Shown here: piece by piece, positions 12,095-25,930 of the stretch
Position numbering within the stretch: the first letter of the stretch is position 1
Layout: every line of letters begins with the position of its first letter
Assembly (NCBI GenBank): GCA_964016885.1
Contig: OZ024741.1
Location: forward strand, 50,282,001 to 50,346,000
Length of the DNA stretch: 64,000 bases
Direction: 5' to 3'
Source: Eledone cirrhosa
Lineage: Eukaryota
Position numbers and translations under genes: made by a program
Notes under the pieces: generated by a model
What the model was told of the DNA's origin: nothing
Seen by the model: only the letters and a program-made list of their open reading frames with translations
Database searches by the model: none

Positions 12095-12240
12095 CAGTGC
12101 ATTACTGGTATTTTATTGACCCTGTAAGGATGAAAGGCAAAGCTAACATCACCAGGATTTGAACTCAGAACATAAAAGGCCGTAACTATATGCACAAAGC
12201 ATTTGTCCAACACTCCACTGATACTGCAAATCCACTGCCC
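12095..12240 (-). mobile_element. tRNA-derived SINE with Nin/Deu-like domain
   Basis: Minus strand gttctgagttcaaatcc...gctttgcctttcatcctt...gggtcaataaaataccagt. Further copies near 15.7, 20.9, 26.9, 32.8, 42.2, 43.8, 50.4, 51.4, 56.1 and 57.1 kb. Confidence 0.7.
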
Positions 12241-12249
12241 TTTTTAATA

Positions 12250-13040
12250 ATTTCTTTTATTGGCTAAAAGGGCCCAAGACATTGGGGACAATACAAGGAC
12301 AAAAAACTGTGGAGTTTACATCAAGTGGAGGAAAGGGACATCATCAAAGTAAATAAATAGGGATAGCAACAATGGAATTTTTAATAAATATACATAATAG
12401 AAAAAATAACGAATATCATCAAGGATCAGTTCACAGATAGTGGGGTAGGGGACTGCACTTTAGACTAATTCCAGGGAGAACCCCATACAATCTAGGTTAC
12501 TCTGTTACTTCACAGGCAATGGAAGTGCCTTCTCCCAGTTTCCTTCCTCCTGTTTCGAAAATCACAGTCAGAGTAGGCCCGTCATTCTTGCCGCTCTCAA
12601 CCATCTTTCATAAGCCCACTAGAAAGCAGCACCTCCTTCTCTACTCTCTCCTTCCTCCTCAAGTGGATGTTGATGAGGGCTTAGCCAGAGAGGAAAGTCC
12701 TTGTCCTCAATACTTATGTCCTCATACAGCTCAATACTTTTGTCCTCATACAGCTTCCTTCGCTATATCTACCAGGCAGAGGAAGAATTGCCACACCTCC
12801 TTTCTAAAAGGTGACAGTTAAATCTTCATTATAGACTCGGCTGATAGTAATTGTTCAATACAAGTCCACAACTCTGCAATACACAAGCACTGTGCGATAG
12901 CATGCAGAATGGTATCATCGCTTTGCGAGCATCTCAGACAGGTCTAGCTGTTGGCATATTCATGCCTGTAGAGCGTTAATTGAATTTGTATTGCCCCTCT
13001 GTGGCATTGTCATGCCAAGAATTTTTGGAAATTGTCCATA
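12250..13040 (-). mobile_element. Old Tx1/L1-clade LINE 3' fragment
   Basis: Degenerate homology to the C-terminus of the 52.5-kb Tx1 (MDNFQKFLA, zf-RVT-type region), with many stops. Confidence 0.6.
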
Positions 13041-13061
13041 ATGCCTGACGACAACAGCAAC

Positions 13062-13575
13062 AATAATAATAATAATGCTTTCTTTATTAACCACAAGGGT
13101 TTACACAAAGTAGACATTAAGGACAGTACAGGACAATACAGGACGGTACAAATGGGCATTTCTGCGTGTAAAAAAAAACCCAAAAAAACAGAGGATGTAA
13201 TAAAAGAACAATGAAAAATTCCCCAATAGGGGGGAGACTTCCGAGGACCATCGTGGAGAAAACCCATTAAAAAAAGCCACGGTGACCCTGACCACTAGGG
13301 CAAATGTCCTCTCCCAGTTTTCCACCTTGAATTTACAGGCATATACTCAGAGTAGGTCCATTCACTCGGGCCATTCTTGCCTCTCACCCATCTTTCAACA
13401 AAAAGCTGGGAAGAGAGCACTTCCTTCTCTACCCTGATTTTCCTTTTCAAATGAAATTAGAAAAAGTTAATCAGGGCATCACCGAAGAGGTAAGTGCTCG
13501 TCTTCAGCCCTTTCAGATGCGTCCACCATACTATCTCTTTCGCCATGGCCACCAGACAGATAAAAACTGCCTTCC
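13062..13575 (-). mobile_element. Tx1/L1-clade LINE 3' end
   Basis: Near-identical to 52206-52700 (AVFICLVAMAKEIVWWT, 3' UTR, AATAAA, (TTA)n tail). Confidence 0.85.
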
Positions 13576-13719
13576 ACAAAGAGATTACAATATGTAAGTA
13601 GATCAGAAGATTAAACAACTGAGTATTCATGGATACAGACAGAGGATCCACTAAACTTGCCACTCACACTCCATGCTATTGTATATATTTTTTAACAGAT
13701 AATCATGTGAAGAGGGTCA

Positions 13720-14335
13720 TTGCCTATGACCATTGTAGCCTCCTGCCTTTTCTCCCCCTGGAAAGATTGATGTGGTTGATGTCCTTCATGAACTAGAAAT
13801 CAATGCTTGCAGGGAAATATAGATGTATTTCTTTATTTGCCATCGCAAAGGAACCAGAGATTTATTTGATCTAAATGCTTTATAACAAAGTGGACTGTAC
13901 TGAAGCTATCCAAACACCAGGGTGGTGATGTGTTAGGCCTACCTTGTAAAGTATGAGCATGTGTATTTTTAAAACAATGGCATGACCATCTTCCCTTGTC
14001 GTGGTGGTAAACCCCTCATCTGGGATGCCACATGCAGTGACACATTCTGCAGTGGCAACCTGGTACAGTATGCAACTAACCCAGGTTTTCCAAATATCGG
14101 TTGCTCTCCAATGTTTGCGATTGAGCCCGTAGCAGTGGAAACTTCTGGTGTCCTTAGCCCTAGGACCACCGCCCTACTCACCACCATCGGCACAGAGTTG
14201 GTTACCCACAGGTATGAGCCTCGCGAGCTGGAATGGCTCTTCCAACGCATCTCCCTCGCCATCCCCCGGAGAAACACTTTCTCTATTCTGTCCGCTGGGG
14301 CGGCCAGCGCATGGGCCCCCATTTTCTCGTAATAA
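13720..14335 (+). pseudogene. CRE-clade non-LTR retrotransposon remnant, restriction-like endonuclease region
   Basis: GKPLIWDATCSDT...PVAVETSGV...EPRELEWLFQRISLAIPRRN matches the CRE C-terminal pattern (GK.L.WD.T..DT, P.AVET.G, QR.S.A.QRGN). Decayed and deleted. Confidence 0.75.
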
Positions 14336-16364
14336 TCAGAGACAGGGAAAGCAGGAGGGACGGAGTCAGTGACAGGGTGAGATTGGTTCCATTGTGTTCG
14401 AACCTGGTGTATATGTATATACATTTATTTACCACACCACATTAATACCTTTAAAACAATTAACAAGAAGCACAACAGCAGCAATTACACATTTTGTGCA
14501 AGAGTTTTTTTTACTTATTATTTACAATTAAAAAAGGTTGGTATGATTATAAAGTAATTAGAAAGCAATATACAATGTTAATGTGAGGAGGGAAATGTAA
14601 GAGAGGAAAGAGATAAGAGCAATGTACATTTATAGTAAAGTTAAAAGATGAAGATATGATGTGATTCAACATTGAAGAGAAAGGAAGCATATAAGATGAC
14701 ACAGACTGCCAGAGAATGTTTAACAACAAAGGATTAAGATTTATTAGTGGAAAGTTGTAAGTGATAACTAATGAGACAAAGTTGAGAGAGTGTGTGTGTG
14801 TGTTATATGCTAGAAATGGCAGCTAAGCTACACCCACCCTCATAAAATGGGAAAGGATACACATTAGGTAATGTAATCCTAGATACCTCACAAAAAAGAT
14901 AAGATGGACGAGATAGCCATGATAGGAATACCTTAGATCTTATTGTAGATCTGTCCAAATTGTACATGTACACACACACACAACTCTGGCACTGTTAGAC
15001 ATATGTTACTACAAACACCTACACACAGTGAGACAAACATCCCTAGTCATATAGTTAGCACAAATACACACACAACCAAACACATACTGTTACACATATG
15101 CTAATTAACACGCATAAATATATATACAATCAGAGAAACATCTACAAGGATGACTATAAAAAATCAAATCCATTAACAGCTGTTTCACTATTTTATTGTA
15201 ATTCTAATGCATACTAACAGAGGCATGCTCACATCTAGTTACAAATGCATACATAGACAGACACATACCAATACAGTGATACACATACTGAACAACAGAC
15301 ATGTGGATATGTTCATAAATAACTACAGACACAAGCATACATATGTACACAAGCACATACTGACACACACACACACATTTATTTGTCCTTTTAACTATTA
15401 GTTAGGAGGGAAGATCAGTACCTCAAAAATTGATGAGAGAGAAGAAGGGAGGAACATATACTTAAACTGATTTAAATGCTTGCAACAGAGTGGACTCCAT
15501 TAATGGCACTTAAACACCAGGCAATAGATTAAATCTACCACCCAAGTAGGTCACACCAGTGTGAACTGAGCATACAGAGAGCTGGAACAAATACTGCAAA
15601 GTATCCTGTTCTAGGCTCTGACGACTTTACCAGTCCATCATCTGGTACTGGTATTTTATTTATTGAACAGAGAAGGATGAAAGTTGGCTTCTGTAGTATT
15701 TGAACTCAGAATGTAAAGAACTGAAACAAAACCCAATCCCTCAAGACATTTCATCGAACACTAATGATTCTGCCAATCCATGACTGCTAGTGTCATTACT
15801 AGCAATATAGGAAGATGAACAACACACATCTAATACCAAAGGACAGCCTCTGTGGTCACTTGACTTGGAGCCAAATATCCCTCTTATCATACATTACTAG
15901 CTTCGTAAGATAATGGCAGCACATAGATTATGCAGTCTTAGATACATTATATTGTTTGTTTGTAGCTAGAATATCTTTTATCATAGGTCTTGTGTCAGAA
16001 CTGACCTGGAGCTAAACAACAATCTAGTGTCATTATACACCCTTTAGTAAAGATGGTACACACACAAACTCTCTAGTGCAAATTCTTCAAAAGCGCGCGT
16101 GTGATATTGTTGATAGCCTGGAATGAATTTGTTCAATTTTTGCCACCTCAATACAAAATTCTGTCGAGATATACTGGTTAAACCTAGTTAGTAGGACAGT
16201 AAGTGGAATGATGTTACAGTTCCATACAAAGTATGAAGCACCTCGTGGTATTGTGATTCTCTCAACCTATCAATATATATATAACACCCAATACACTCTA
16301 AAGTGGTTGGTGACAAGAAGAACATCCAACCATAGAAAACTTGCCAAACAAATGGTAGAGGTTT

Positions 16365-17000
16365 TTGGCTTGGTTTCTATGGCTGGATGTCCTTCCTAAC
16401 ACCAATCAGCATGGACTGGATACTTTTTTATTATGGCACCAAAACTAACATCTAACAGGGTGGACTGGGTACTCTTTCATCATGGCACCTGCATGACTAC
16501 CTTACAGAGAGGATTGAGTGCTTTTTTTCCTCATGTCACCAGCATGATCACCTTACATGGTGGACTGGGTGCTTTTTGTCATGTCACCAGCACAACAAAT
16601 ATACAAGGTGAATTGGGTGCATCTTGTCATGTCACCGGCACTAACACCTTACAGGGTGGACTAAGAACTTTTTGTCCTGGCAGCAGCATTGTGGGAGAGC
16701 AGATGTGGAGTGTGTCCAGCTTGCCATAGTTGGATAAGAGAGGTGTATCAAATGCATGGAAGGTGGGGTTTGGGGAGGATGAGTATGCAAGTTGAACATG
16801 GATGAGGTGAGGGGGTATGGGGGGAGGGAGAAGATTGGTGCAGGGCAGTGTCGTCTGCATGTTTATTTAATCCTGTGCATATGGGAAGGTGGGTCTTCTA
16901 AATACAGCATATTGCCAGATATCTCGATCCTGTGTCATCTCTTTCAAGAGGTTTAATTATGTGAAGTCAGCTTTTATCACTTCATCCAAAGCTTTCCTAA
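16365..17000 (-). mobile_element. Old RTE-family 3' end with tandemly repeated UTR module
   Basis: ggctggatgtccttcctaacaccaa motif, repeated ...ttacagggtggactgggtgct... units and a degenerate RT C-terminus. Confidence 0.55.
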
Positions 17001-17095
17001 GGGAGTCAAGATACATGCACTCACAAGCTAGTCAAGATACACACATCCCTAAGTGAAAGAGGTACAACTTCCTTCTATGTAAAGATGGTCTAGAA

Positions 17096-20069
17096 CAGGG
17101 GGTCGGCAACCCTCGATCCGCGGGCCACATCCGGCCCTTGAGTGATTTTTGTCCGGCCCGCCATCTTACACTGGACACTAATTATCTAATTAGTATCGAA
17201 TACAGATACAGTAGTTCACTTCAAGGTTGTGCCGACCTGATGCCCATCACAAATCGCTGCTCATACCATATATATTTACAGATACCTTTGTAACTTTATT
17301 ATATTTTCCATTTATTATTATTTCCTCATATCCATATTTTTCTGGGCTTTCCGCCAAGCATTATATCACATGAAATCACAGGAAATAATAATACAGGTAT
17401 GTGTTTTTGTTCCAGTCAACAAACACAAATGTTGGCTGGAAGTATGCATTTTCATCAGCGACTGGAAGGTATACTACCTTACGGTTCGCATAACTCGCTT
17501 TTATACCTATATTGTCATTCAATAAAATCACTCATGAATTATTGTTGTCTTCGTTTGCCTGACCTTACCTGTGCCCCCCGGAACAAGGTAAAGCTGTCCT
17601 TGGAAAAATTACTTCGTTCCCTCCTCCCCAGAGTATTTTCATTTGAGTTTGTTGTCTGGTGGTATAACAACTATACAGTATGTATCTTTATTCGATAATA
17701 ACGTTTATTTAATTATTTGTGATAAATTGTGTGAATTATTATTATTAGAATTAGGCCAAAAGTGGTTTAAAAATACAAATGGCAACCCTGATCTAACAAC
17801 GTCGTTAGAAACCTGGTTTTATATAATTTATTCACAATTATCATATTTTATCGCATTACTGTATTTGCATTTACATTTGTTTTCATTGTTTCTTATTTCT
17901 TCATTCTGATTATTATAATTTTTGTTCTTTTTCCTTTCCATAAATCTTTTCTGTTTGAACAAAAACAAGCCCATGGAAGCTAAGAAAAGAAAAGTGGATT
18001 TGGAGTGCCGAACTTTTAACGATGGCTGGACACTTAGCTGTTTTTTCATTGAGCACTTCGGAAAATGTGTTTGCTTAATTTGTCAAGAAACCATTGCCGT
18101 GAAGAAAGTTTCAAATATTAAACGGCACTATGAAACTCATCATAATCATTACAACAATAATTTACTGGAAAAACGAAGTTGCACGGCTGAGAAATAATGT
18201 AACAAAGCAATCATCCTTTTTCACTAGAAAAGTTGAAGAAAGTGACCGAAACACTCGTGCTAGCTACAAGGTGTCAAAACTAATTGCAGAAAGGATGAAA
18301 CCTTTTACTGATGGAGATTTCTTCAAAGAATTATTGTTGAAGGTAGCAGCTGTTGTTTGGCTAGAAAAAAGGGAATTATTTTCTGCGATCAGCTTATCGG
18401 CAAGAACAGTAACAAGGCGAATTGAAGAGCTGGCAGCAAATTTCAGAAGTGGCTTGGAGGGCATTTTAAATAATCTGGAGTATTATTCCATTGCTATCGA
18501 TGAAATGACAGATATGAAGGATACTTGTCAACTTGCAGTGTTTGTGAGGGGTGTAACACCAACATTTGATATTGTGGAAGAATTTGTACAATTGATTCCT
18601 AGGAAGGACACTAGCACTGGAGCAGATATTTTGGAAAGCATAATAAAATGGATTACCGAAATGAATCTGGATTTATCAAAGCTTTCTGGAGTAATCACAG
18701 ATGGAGCACCAGCAATGGCTGGAGAGAAAAAGGGGTTTGTTGCATTGCTCCAAAACCACATCGGTATTGATCAAAAACTAATTAAACTTCATTGCATTAT
18801 TCATCAAGAAGCATTATGTGCAAAGTCACTGAATTTTAAGGACATCATGGCAGTGGTCGTGAAAACAGTGAATTTTATACTGTCAAGAGGACTAAATCAC
18901 CGCCAGTTTCAAGAATTTCTAAAACAAATTGAAGCAGAGTATGGCGACCGTACATATTTTTCAAATGTTCGATGGCTTAGCCGCGGAAAAATGATAGAAC
19001 GAGTATATACATTGAGAGAAGAGATTTCTGTTTTTAGAGAGCAAAGACCAAGATAATTCTTACTTTCAGTGGGTTGTCAAGTTAGCTTTTTTAGTGGACA
19101 TCACGACCCACATGAACACTTTGAATCTTGAGCTTCAAGGAAAGAACAAGGTTGTATTTGAGATGTTTGGTCAAATTACTGCTTTTGAGAGAAAACTTCG
19201 ACTGTAGGAATCACAACTTCAAAAAGGAGACTACTCTCATTTCCCAAGTCTCCAAAATCACAAGAGAGATATAATACCAGACATCTTTGTGAGCTCTATT
19301 AAGGATTTGAGAAGCGAGTTTTCCTCTCGTTTTGCTGACTTCCGGCAATATGGAACTCTATTTAAGTTATTTAGTACTCCTTACGAAACAGAAGTGGAGC
19401 AAGTGGCAGAAGAATATCAGTTGGAGTTAATTGACTTACAGTGCGACGAATCTTTGAAATCGAAATTTCAGTTTGAATCCACTGCTGACTTCTACAAGAT
19501 ATATATATTGCCAAGCGGAAAATATAAAAACATCTTGACTAATGCTATGATGATATCATTATTTGGAAGTACATATGCTTGTGAACAACTTTTTTCCAAA
19601 ATGAAATATACTAAAAGTCATTTAAGAACAAGGTTGCGTGACGACCACCTGGATGATGTTTTGCTCCTGTCATCGACAAATATTTCACCTGATGTGGAGA
19701 AGTTATCGCACAATAAGCAGAAACAAGTGTCACATTAAATCATTTACCATTTCTAACTGTATTTCGTTTGTAGCAAGGAATTTGCTTCTTTTTTTTTTTA
19801 TTGTGATAGTAGTTGTTTTTCTGTTATTCCTGCAGTAAAATAAGGAATTTGTTTTGTTTTTTGTTGAATGTGTTTGTAGTTTTTTTTTTCTTTCTTTTTT
19901 GGTTATTCCTGCAGTAAAATAAGGGGCCTTGTTAAAATAAAATTATATTAAATTCCTTGTTTTGCTTTAAACGTCCAGAAAATTTATTTACATATTTAAT
20001 AACATAGCCCTCCTCCATGACATTGCATAGCTGTTTGGCTCTCTCTCTCCAAAAGGTTGCCGACCCTTG
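17096..20069 (+). mobile_element. hAT (Buster/Charlie-SPIN-like) DNA transposon, full length, inactivated
   Basis: TIRs CAGGGGGTCGGCAACC / GGTTGCCGACCCTTG. 8-bp TSD GTCTAGAA/GTCTAGAC (NTCTAGAN type). Confidence 0.92.
17973..19738 (+). pseudogene. GTF2IRD2/SPIN-like hAT transposase, frameshifted
   Basis: MEAKKRKVD..CLIC..KRHYETHH zinc finger, SIAIDEMTD, TDGAPAM, HCIIHQEAL, VRWLSRG, FGSTYACEQLFS. Frameshifts near 18160 and 19040 and an in-frame stop near 19205. Confidence 0.9.
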
Positions 20070-21339
20070 GTCTAGACACTGTATGTGTGTGCAAATGCAT
20101 TATTTGACTCCAATCACTCTAGATTGAGCAGATCTTTGATGAAAAGGGTTCAATCTGTGGCCATCCTTTTATTTGGACATAGTGCATCAAAAACCATATC
20201 CAATGATAGTAAGGTGTGATCTGAGGGAGATTTGATTGTTCTAAGCAGGTCAAGCTAGTGATGTACCTGGAGTTATTGTATTTTGTAAAGTCTGGTGGAA
20301 CAATTAATAGTACTGGTCATAATGTCTGTGATACTGGCAGCAGTAGTAGAAGTGGTGTATCCCTTTGCACCACCTGGGAGAGGATGCACATTGTTCATAA
20401 GCAGACCAATGGAAGTGTGGCAACAGAGTAAGAGTAACTGTAATGATGACGATGAATGTATGTACTACGTACGTACGTCAAACTATCAACAGCTCAGCAT
20501 CAAACTGTTTCCCTTGACAAGACAGCCAGCCAAGCAGTAAAGAGAATAATTTTCTGACTCATAACACACTTCTGAATACAAGATACACCCATCTGACACA
20601 GACAGCTGACAGAGAGGAAAAGATATTCTCACTCAAACACACACACACAAAGTAAAGTGACAAATAGAGAGACAAGACAATTCCTCCCCCACCATATCTC
20701 ACACACACCTGTCAATCCTAAATTTCAGGCCACAATACTATAAAGCAAGGCCCTCTCTTCCAACTAGTAAAACAAGTTATAGAGTTATTGTGTATGAGCA
20801 GAATGTTAAAAGTACACCATACACACACACACATCACCCTATCATATGTGTATAAGTTATGTGTATGATGCTGATAAATTGACAGAGGTTTTACAGTATT
20901 GGATTAATTGCCTTATGGCTCTCTGTACTAGTTCAACTCCTCTCGAGTTCAACTTTACCTTTCATCCTTTCAGGGTTGATAAATGAAGTACCAGTCCAGA
21001 GCAGTGGGTTAATAGAATTGTGAGAGTATAAGACACCTTTTGGCAATTTCTACATACATAGGCAATTGACAGTTCTCCAAACAAAACCAATAAATAAATA
21101 ATAGATAAAGGCTAAGCTTGTGCCTTGAGCAATTTTTCCAATGTAGGTCCATGGCCTTACAGAGTCCCTATATATCATCATAATCAGGTCGAGCTTGCTC
21201 GGCTTTCTACAACACGTTTCCTCCATACATCTCTGTCTCTCATAGCGTTTGCCAGTATATATATATATATATATACCTTCTAACCCATGCTAGTGTGGAA
21301 GAATGGACGTAAAACAGTGATGATGATGATGACCTTGCA

Positions 21340-21853
21340 CAATTGCACCTCTCAAAGGCGATGACACAAGGCTGAGATCTCTGGCATTATGAAGTAATAG
21401 AGAAGACCCACCTTCCCATGAGTACAGGTTGAAGCATACATCTGGCATGTACCACCTTCTTCTCCATCCCCCACATAATACCCCCCCCCCTCACATACGT
21501 CCCTAGATCTACCTCCCCAAATCCCCCCCACACACACACACACACAGTAATACTTTTGATACCATGACTAAAGGCACCCAGTCCACACTGTAAAGTGATC
21601 ATGTAGGTGACATGACAAAAAGCATCCAGTCCACACTGCAAAGTGGCCATGTATGTGTCACAAAAAAAAAAAACCAGTACACGCTGTAAATGTGGTTGGG
21701 ATTAGGAAGGGCATCCAGCTTTATAATCCAAACCAAAATCAGTCCTGTATGAGCAAGATATGGTCATCTGACCTGGCTTGTCTCAACATAACAACTCGTT
21801 CAACCCATGCTAGCATAGAAAAATGGACGTTAAACGGTAATGATGATGATATA
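21340..21853 (+). mobile_element. RTE-family 3' end (second family)
   Basis: Homologous to 24191-24660; ends with ggacgttaaacgg(tga)n. Confidence 0.65.
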
Positions 21854-23651
21854 TGAGGGTCAGGGCCTAAATGCAACATTGTATCATACAGTCAGGCTTT
21901 CATTTGTAGTGAGAAACCTTTTTCTCAAAGCAATCTGCTCCACTACAAATTAGATCACCTATGTAACAGAAGCTATCAACCACTTCTATGGAGCATATAT
22001 ATATATGATAGAATCCTTGTTATATCCTGTCACAGTTTCATAGAGACTAAAAAACAAACAAGAATCCCTATGTTACAAGAATCCCATATGTTACATTTTT
22101 GGCATGGTTTCTATGGCTGGGTGCCCTTCCTACTGCCAACCATTTTATGGTGTGTACTGGGTGCATTTTATTGTGGCTCCAGCACTAATATTTTCAAGAT
22201 GTGAGGAGAACAAGGGGCTTTGTGTTTGCCATAAAAAAAGTGGCCTTTCTGACAGTGCATTGTGGGGTGCATACATCTTTCCATGCTGGCATGGTTGGAC
22301 AAGGATCAGAGAGGATGGGAATACTAAGGTGGCAGAGGGGAAGCTCAAGAAGTGTGTATTTGGAGGTGAAAGACTGTGGGGGATTAATGACATATGAGGC
22401 AGGGGATTAGATGGAGGGGCATATTAATGGGGAAATAGATACCTATACACCTTTGAGTGAGAGGGAGAACAAACATATGGTTGTACATTGTGGGGGGAGG
22501 GGCATATAGCTTTCGATGTTGGCATGGGTTGGACAGGAAAAGAGGAATTAGAGATGTAAACGAGCAGGAAGACTAAGGTGCTGGAGGAGAAGAGGGCAGA
22601 TTATATGTGTGAGGGGGATGGCTAGATAAGCAAGACGATGGTAACTCAAATATTGTTACACCTCTTTGCTTTTACCATCATCATCTCCATGCTCGTTTCA
22701 TCCTGCTCTTGTGGGAAGGTGAAAGTTCTGTGTCGTTTTTGCAAAGTTCAGCTTTGTGAGGTCAGGACCTTCACACACATGTATGAAGACCTCAAATCAG
22801 GGTATTACTCAATGCATGTTAAGTTGCATATGGAAGAGGAAGGATGGATAAATAAACGTGCATGCAAAGGTTTTGGAACTGTGACTTGTTGGTATATTAA
22901 TTATTTGCAATATGGTGGTGAGGAAGACACTGCCTGTGTAAATGAAATAGAGTTGGGGGTGGAGAGCAGAGCAACAAGGACAACAAAAGACTAAACAAAT
23001 AAATTAAGAACAAAAAAAAATGAAATAATTTTTTTAAATAACCTCCCACTCACACTTCCAAAAAAAATGTCTGTGAGTATGCATATATACCAAGAATATT
23101 CTCATAACTAAACATACTGACAACCCCAACCACCAAATAACTAATAAAGTAACTAAACCCCACTCCCCTACATTACATTATGAGAACCAGATGGTGTGTA
23201 TAAGGAGTGAGAATTATGCCGTTGAAGAGGAATATGTTAAGATTATATGAACTGTGTGTCTGTTTTATAGTGTGCATGTCTGTGTTTACATATACATATA
23301 CATCTATGTAAGTGTGGAAGTTTGTCCTTACCATTTCTTAACATATCTTCAAAATCTGGCACAAAGATCCCAATCTATCCCTGAATAATCCATTAAAAAA
23401 ATCTCATCCCAGCTTCCCAACAGGCAGAAAGAGCAAATTTGAGAAAGAAGGTAAAGAAAGACTGAAAAATAAGGCAGTTGAGGAGGAGTAAAATGACATC
23501 TGATGTAGAAAATGATAAAATAGAACATAGTTTTTTTTTTTTTGTTCTAAAATTGAACATTCACGAGTCTCTTTTGATCCCTCTTCAAATTCTTTCTTTC
23601 CCTTCAACCCTCTTTTTTTTGCTTCTGTCTTTCTTTTCCATATATATAGAT

Positions 23652-23885
23652 ATGTGATACTCATGGACAATGACCAATGGGTGAAGAAATGCCAGAAAAT
23701 CCCAGTGAGAGGAAGCCGCAGTAGAGAACGACCGAGAAAGACCTGGGCAGAGGTTGACCTCAAATTGCTAAGACTGACAGAGGAGATGATGAAGGAACGC
23801 GACAAGTGGAGAGATGCCATGCTGAGAAGGACATGTCCAACCCATACAAGCATGGAAAAACGGACCTAAAAATGATGATGATGAT
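23652..23885 (+). mobile_element. RTE-family 3' end (third family, very short UTR)
   Basis: WVKKCQKIPVRGSRSRERPRKTW..DKWRDA followed by (GAT)n; related to 30592-30705. Confidence 0.7.
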
Positions 23886-24190
23886 ACGTTGTGTGTTAAT
23901 GTGTGTACTAGTAATTTTATCCATCTTTGAGAGGTACATTACATACGTGTAAATGAGTATTTAGAGATCTATATATGCATCTAAGTATTTCCTTATGCAT
24001 ATATAAATGTGCACGTCAGTAATTCCAAGATGGTGAATGTATGTGCCACTGAAACTAAGTATATCTTTGTTAATTGGTGTGTATGTAAAAACTATCTATA
24101 AGTTAAGTCATTTAAATTTAAGTTTAACAAACCAAAAAAACTGTCAACATATTCAGTAGCCAGGCAACACCAGGTACCACTACTAGTATG

Positions 24191-24660
24191 TCATCATCAT
24201 CATCACCGTTTTACGTCCGTTCTTCCACGCTAGCATGGGTTAGACGGGTTGTCCTGTTATGGGCAGTGTCTGGTCGGCTGACCATGCCTTGCTCATACAG
24301 GAACTGATTTGGCTTGATTTCTACAGCTGGATGCCCTTCCTAACACCAACCTCATTTACAGTGAGTGCTGGGTGCTTTTTCGTGGCGCCTACACGTCCAC
24401 TTTACAGTGTGGGCTGGGTGCTTTTTTGCCGTGGCACCTCCACGACCACCTTGCGGTGGGGGGTGTGGGGGCATATTGTCTATATGCTTCAGCTTGTACC
24501 CATGGGAGGTCAGGTACTCTGTATTACTGGGTGACGCCAGAAGTCACGGTCGTGTGTCATTGCCGTTGAGAGGTGTAATTGGGTAAGGTCGGCTTTTATC
24601 ACCTCATCCCAGGTCATCTTGGGTCTCCCCACTCCGCGGTTTCCATCAACTTCTAGTGCT
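24191..24660 (-). mobile_element. RTE-family 3' end (second family)
   Basis: The minus strand encodes GVGRPKMTWDEVIKADLTQLHLS; UTR with aggaagggcatccagc; (GAT)n tail. Confidence 0.75.
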
Positions 24661-25029
24661 CTGCACCTATGTGTGTGTATATATATATAAATATATATAT
24701 ATCAGTGTATGAGTGTACATATACATGTATGAATATCTGCATATATGTAATATATATGTGTGTCTGTGTGTACATGCATGTGCATATTTGATGTGTAGAA
24801 AGATATGTAAATAAATACTCATGTATGTATACATTTAAATACATCGCTTTATGTACATATATATAAATAGATGCTAATGTTATTATCATCATTAATTTTT
24901 CGTTATTTTTCCATATTGACATTGGTAGAATTCTTGTTTCTGAGTAAGGTACAGATCTTCACACAACTAACCATTAAGTAGTGATATTGGATGTGAAGAG
25001 TAGAGACAAACACACAGATACACAATTAA

Positions 25030-25185
25030 AACAGGCTTCCTTGCTGTGTCCATCTACCAAACTCATTCGCAAGGTAATAGTCAACCCATAGCTATAATAG
25101 AAGAAACTTGCCTAAGGTGATATCATGGGATAGAACTCAAGACCATTTGATTGTAAAGTGAACTTCTTAACCACTCAATCTGGCT
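25030..25185 (-). mobile_element. tRNA-derived SINE (different body family)
   Basis: Minus strand gagtggttaagaagttcact...ggcaagtttcttctattatagc...ttggtagatgga. A second copy is at about 34088-34243. Confidence 0.55.
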
Positions 25186-25229
25186 TGCATGTCTATGAAG
25201 GTATATAAATGTGTGTGTATGCATTTACA

Positions 25230-25300
<71 letters not shown>

Positions 25301-25496
25301 GCATGCCCACTTTTTTCCTTCATTAAATACCACTTATTATATAACAAGTTGATGTAGATAAGATGAGGAAATGAGACCATCCAGATACAAGGTGGGTGTG
25401 TGTGTGGGGGGGGGGGGGGGGGCACTGTTCTATATCTGCAAGACTTGGAAAAAATCTAAACAATATAAAGAAATCGTAGTTTGACATTAGCCATAC

Positions 25497-25589
25497 CTGG
25501 TGTGGTTCCTGTAGGTCTTACTGCACACCTGACTTTTTTCTCTTTTGTCAGACAGAAGCCGGTAATATAAGAAGTCACCATACAATGTG
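25497..25589 (-). CDS. Candidate 93-nt host exon
   Basis: Acceptor ttccttgtttagttattctccacAG and donor CAG|GTATGG. The 93 nt are open in phase 1 (HCMVTSYITGFCLTKEKKVRCAVRPTGTTP) and phase 2 (TLYGDFLYYRLLSDKREKSQVCSKTYRNHT). Confidence 0.45.
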
Positions 25590-25619
25590 CTGTGGAGAAT
25601 AACTAAACAAGGAAGTGCC

Positions 25620-25930
25620 ACTGTGGGGACTGTGGTGGTATGCTGGTGTGTAGTGTGGTGTACTGTGTGACTATAGAGCTGCAATACTATGGAACAGTGG
25701 TAGTATGCTGGTGTGTGGTGCGATGTGAGACTATAGAGCTGTGATACTATGGAACGGTGGTGGTATACTGGTGTGTAATGTGGTGTGATGCGGAACTGTG
25801 GAGCTATGATACTGTGGTGTTGTGGGACTGTGCTGGTGTGTAGTGTGGTGTTGTGGTGGTATGCTGGTGTGTGATGTGTTGTGGGATTGTGGTGTTGTGT
25901 GACTAGTGTTATGAGACTGCGATACTGTGA
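25620..25930. repeat. Degenerate GT-rich minisatellite (tggtggtatgctggtgtgtagtgtgg...actatagagctg)
   Basis: About five diverged units of roughly 60 bp. Confidence 0.7.

Noticed and set aside
20470-20607. Minus-strand acceptor-like site with a unique island
   Set aside because: All three frames hit stops before a convincing donor; cannot be supported as a coding exon.
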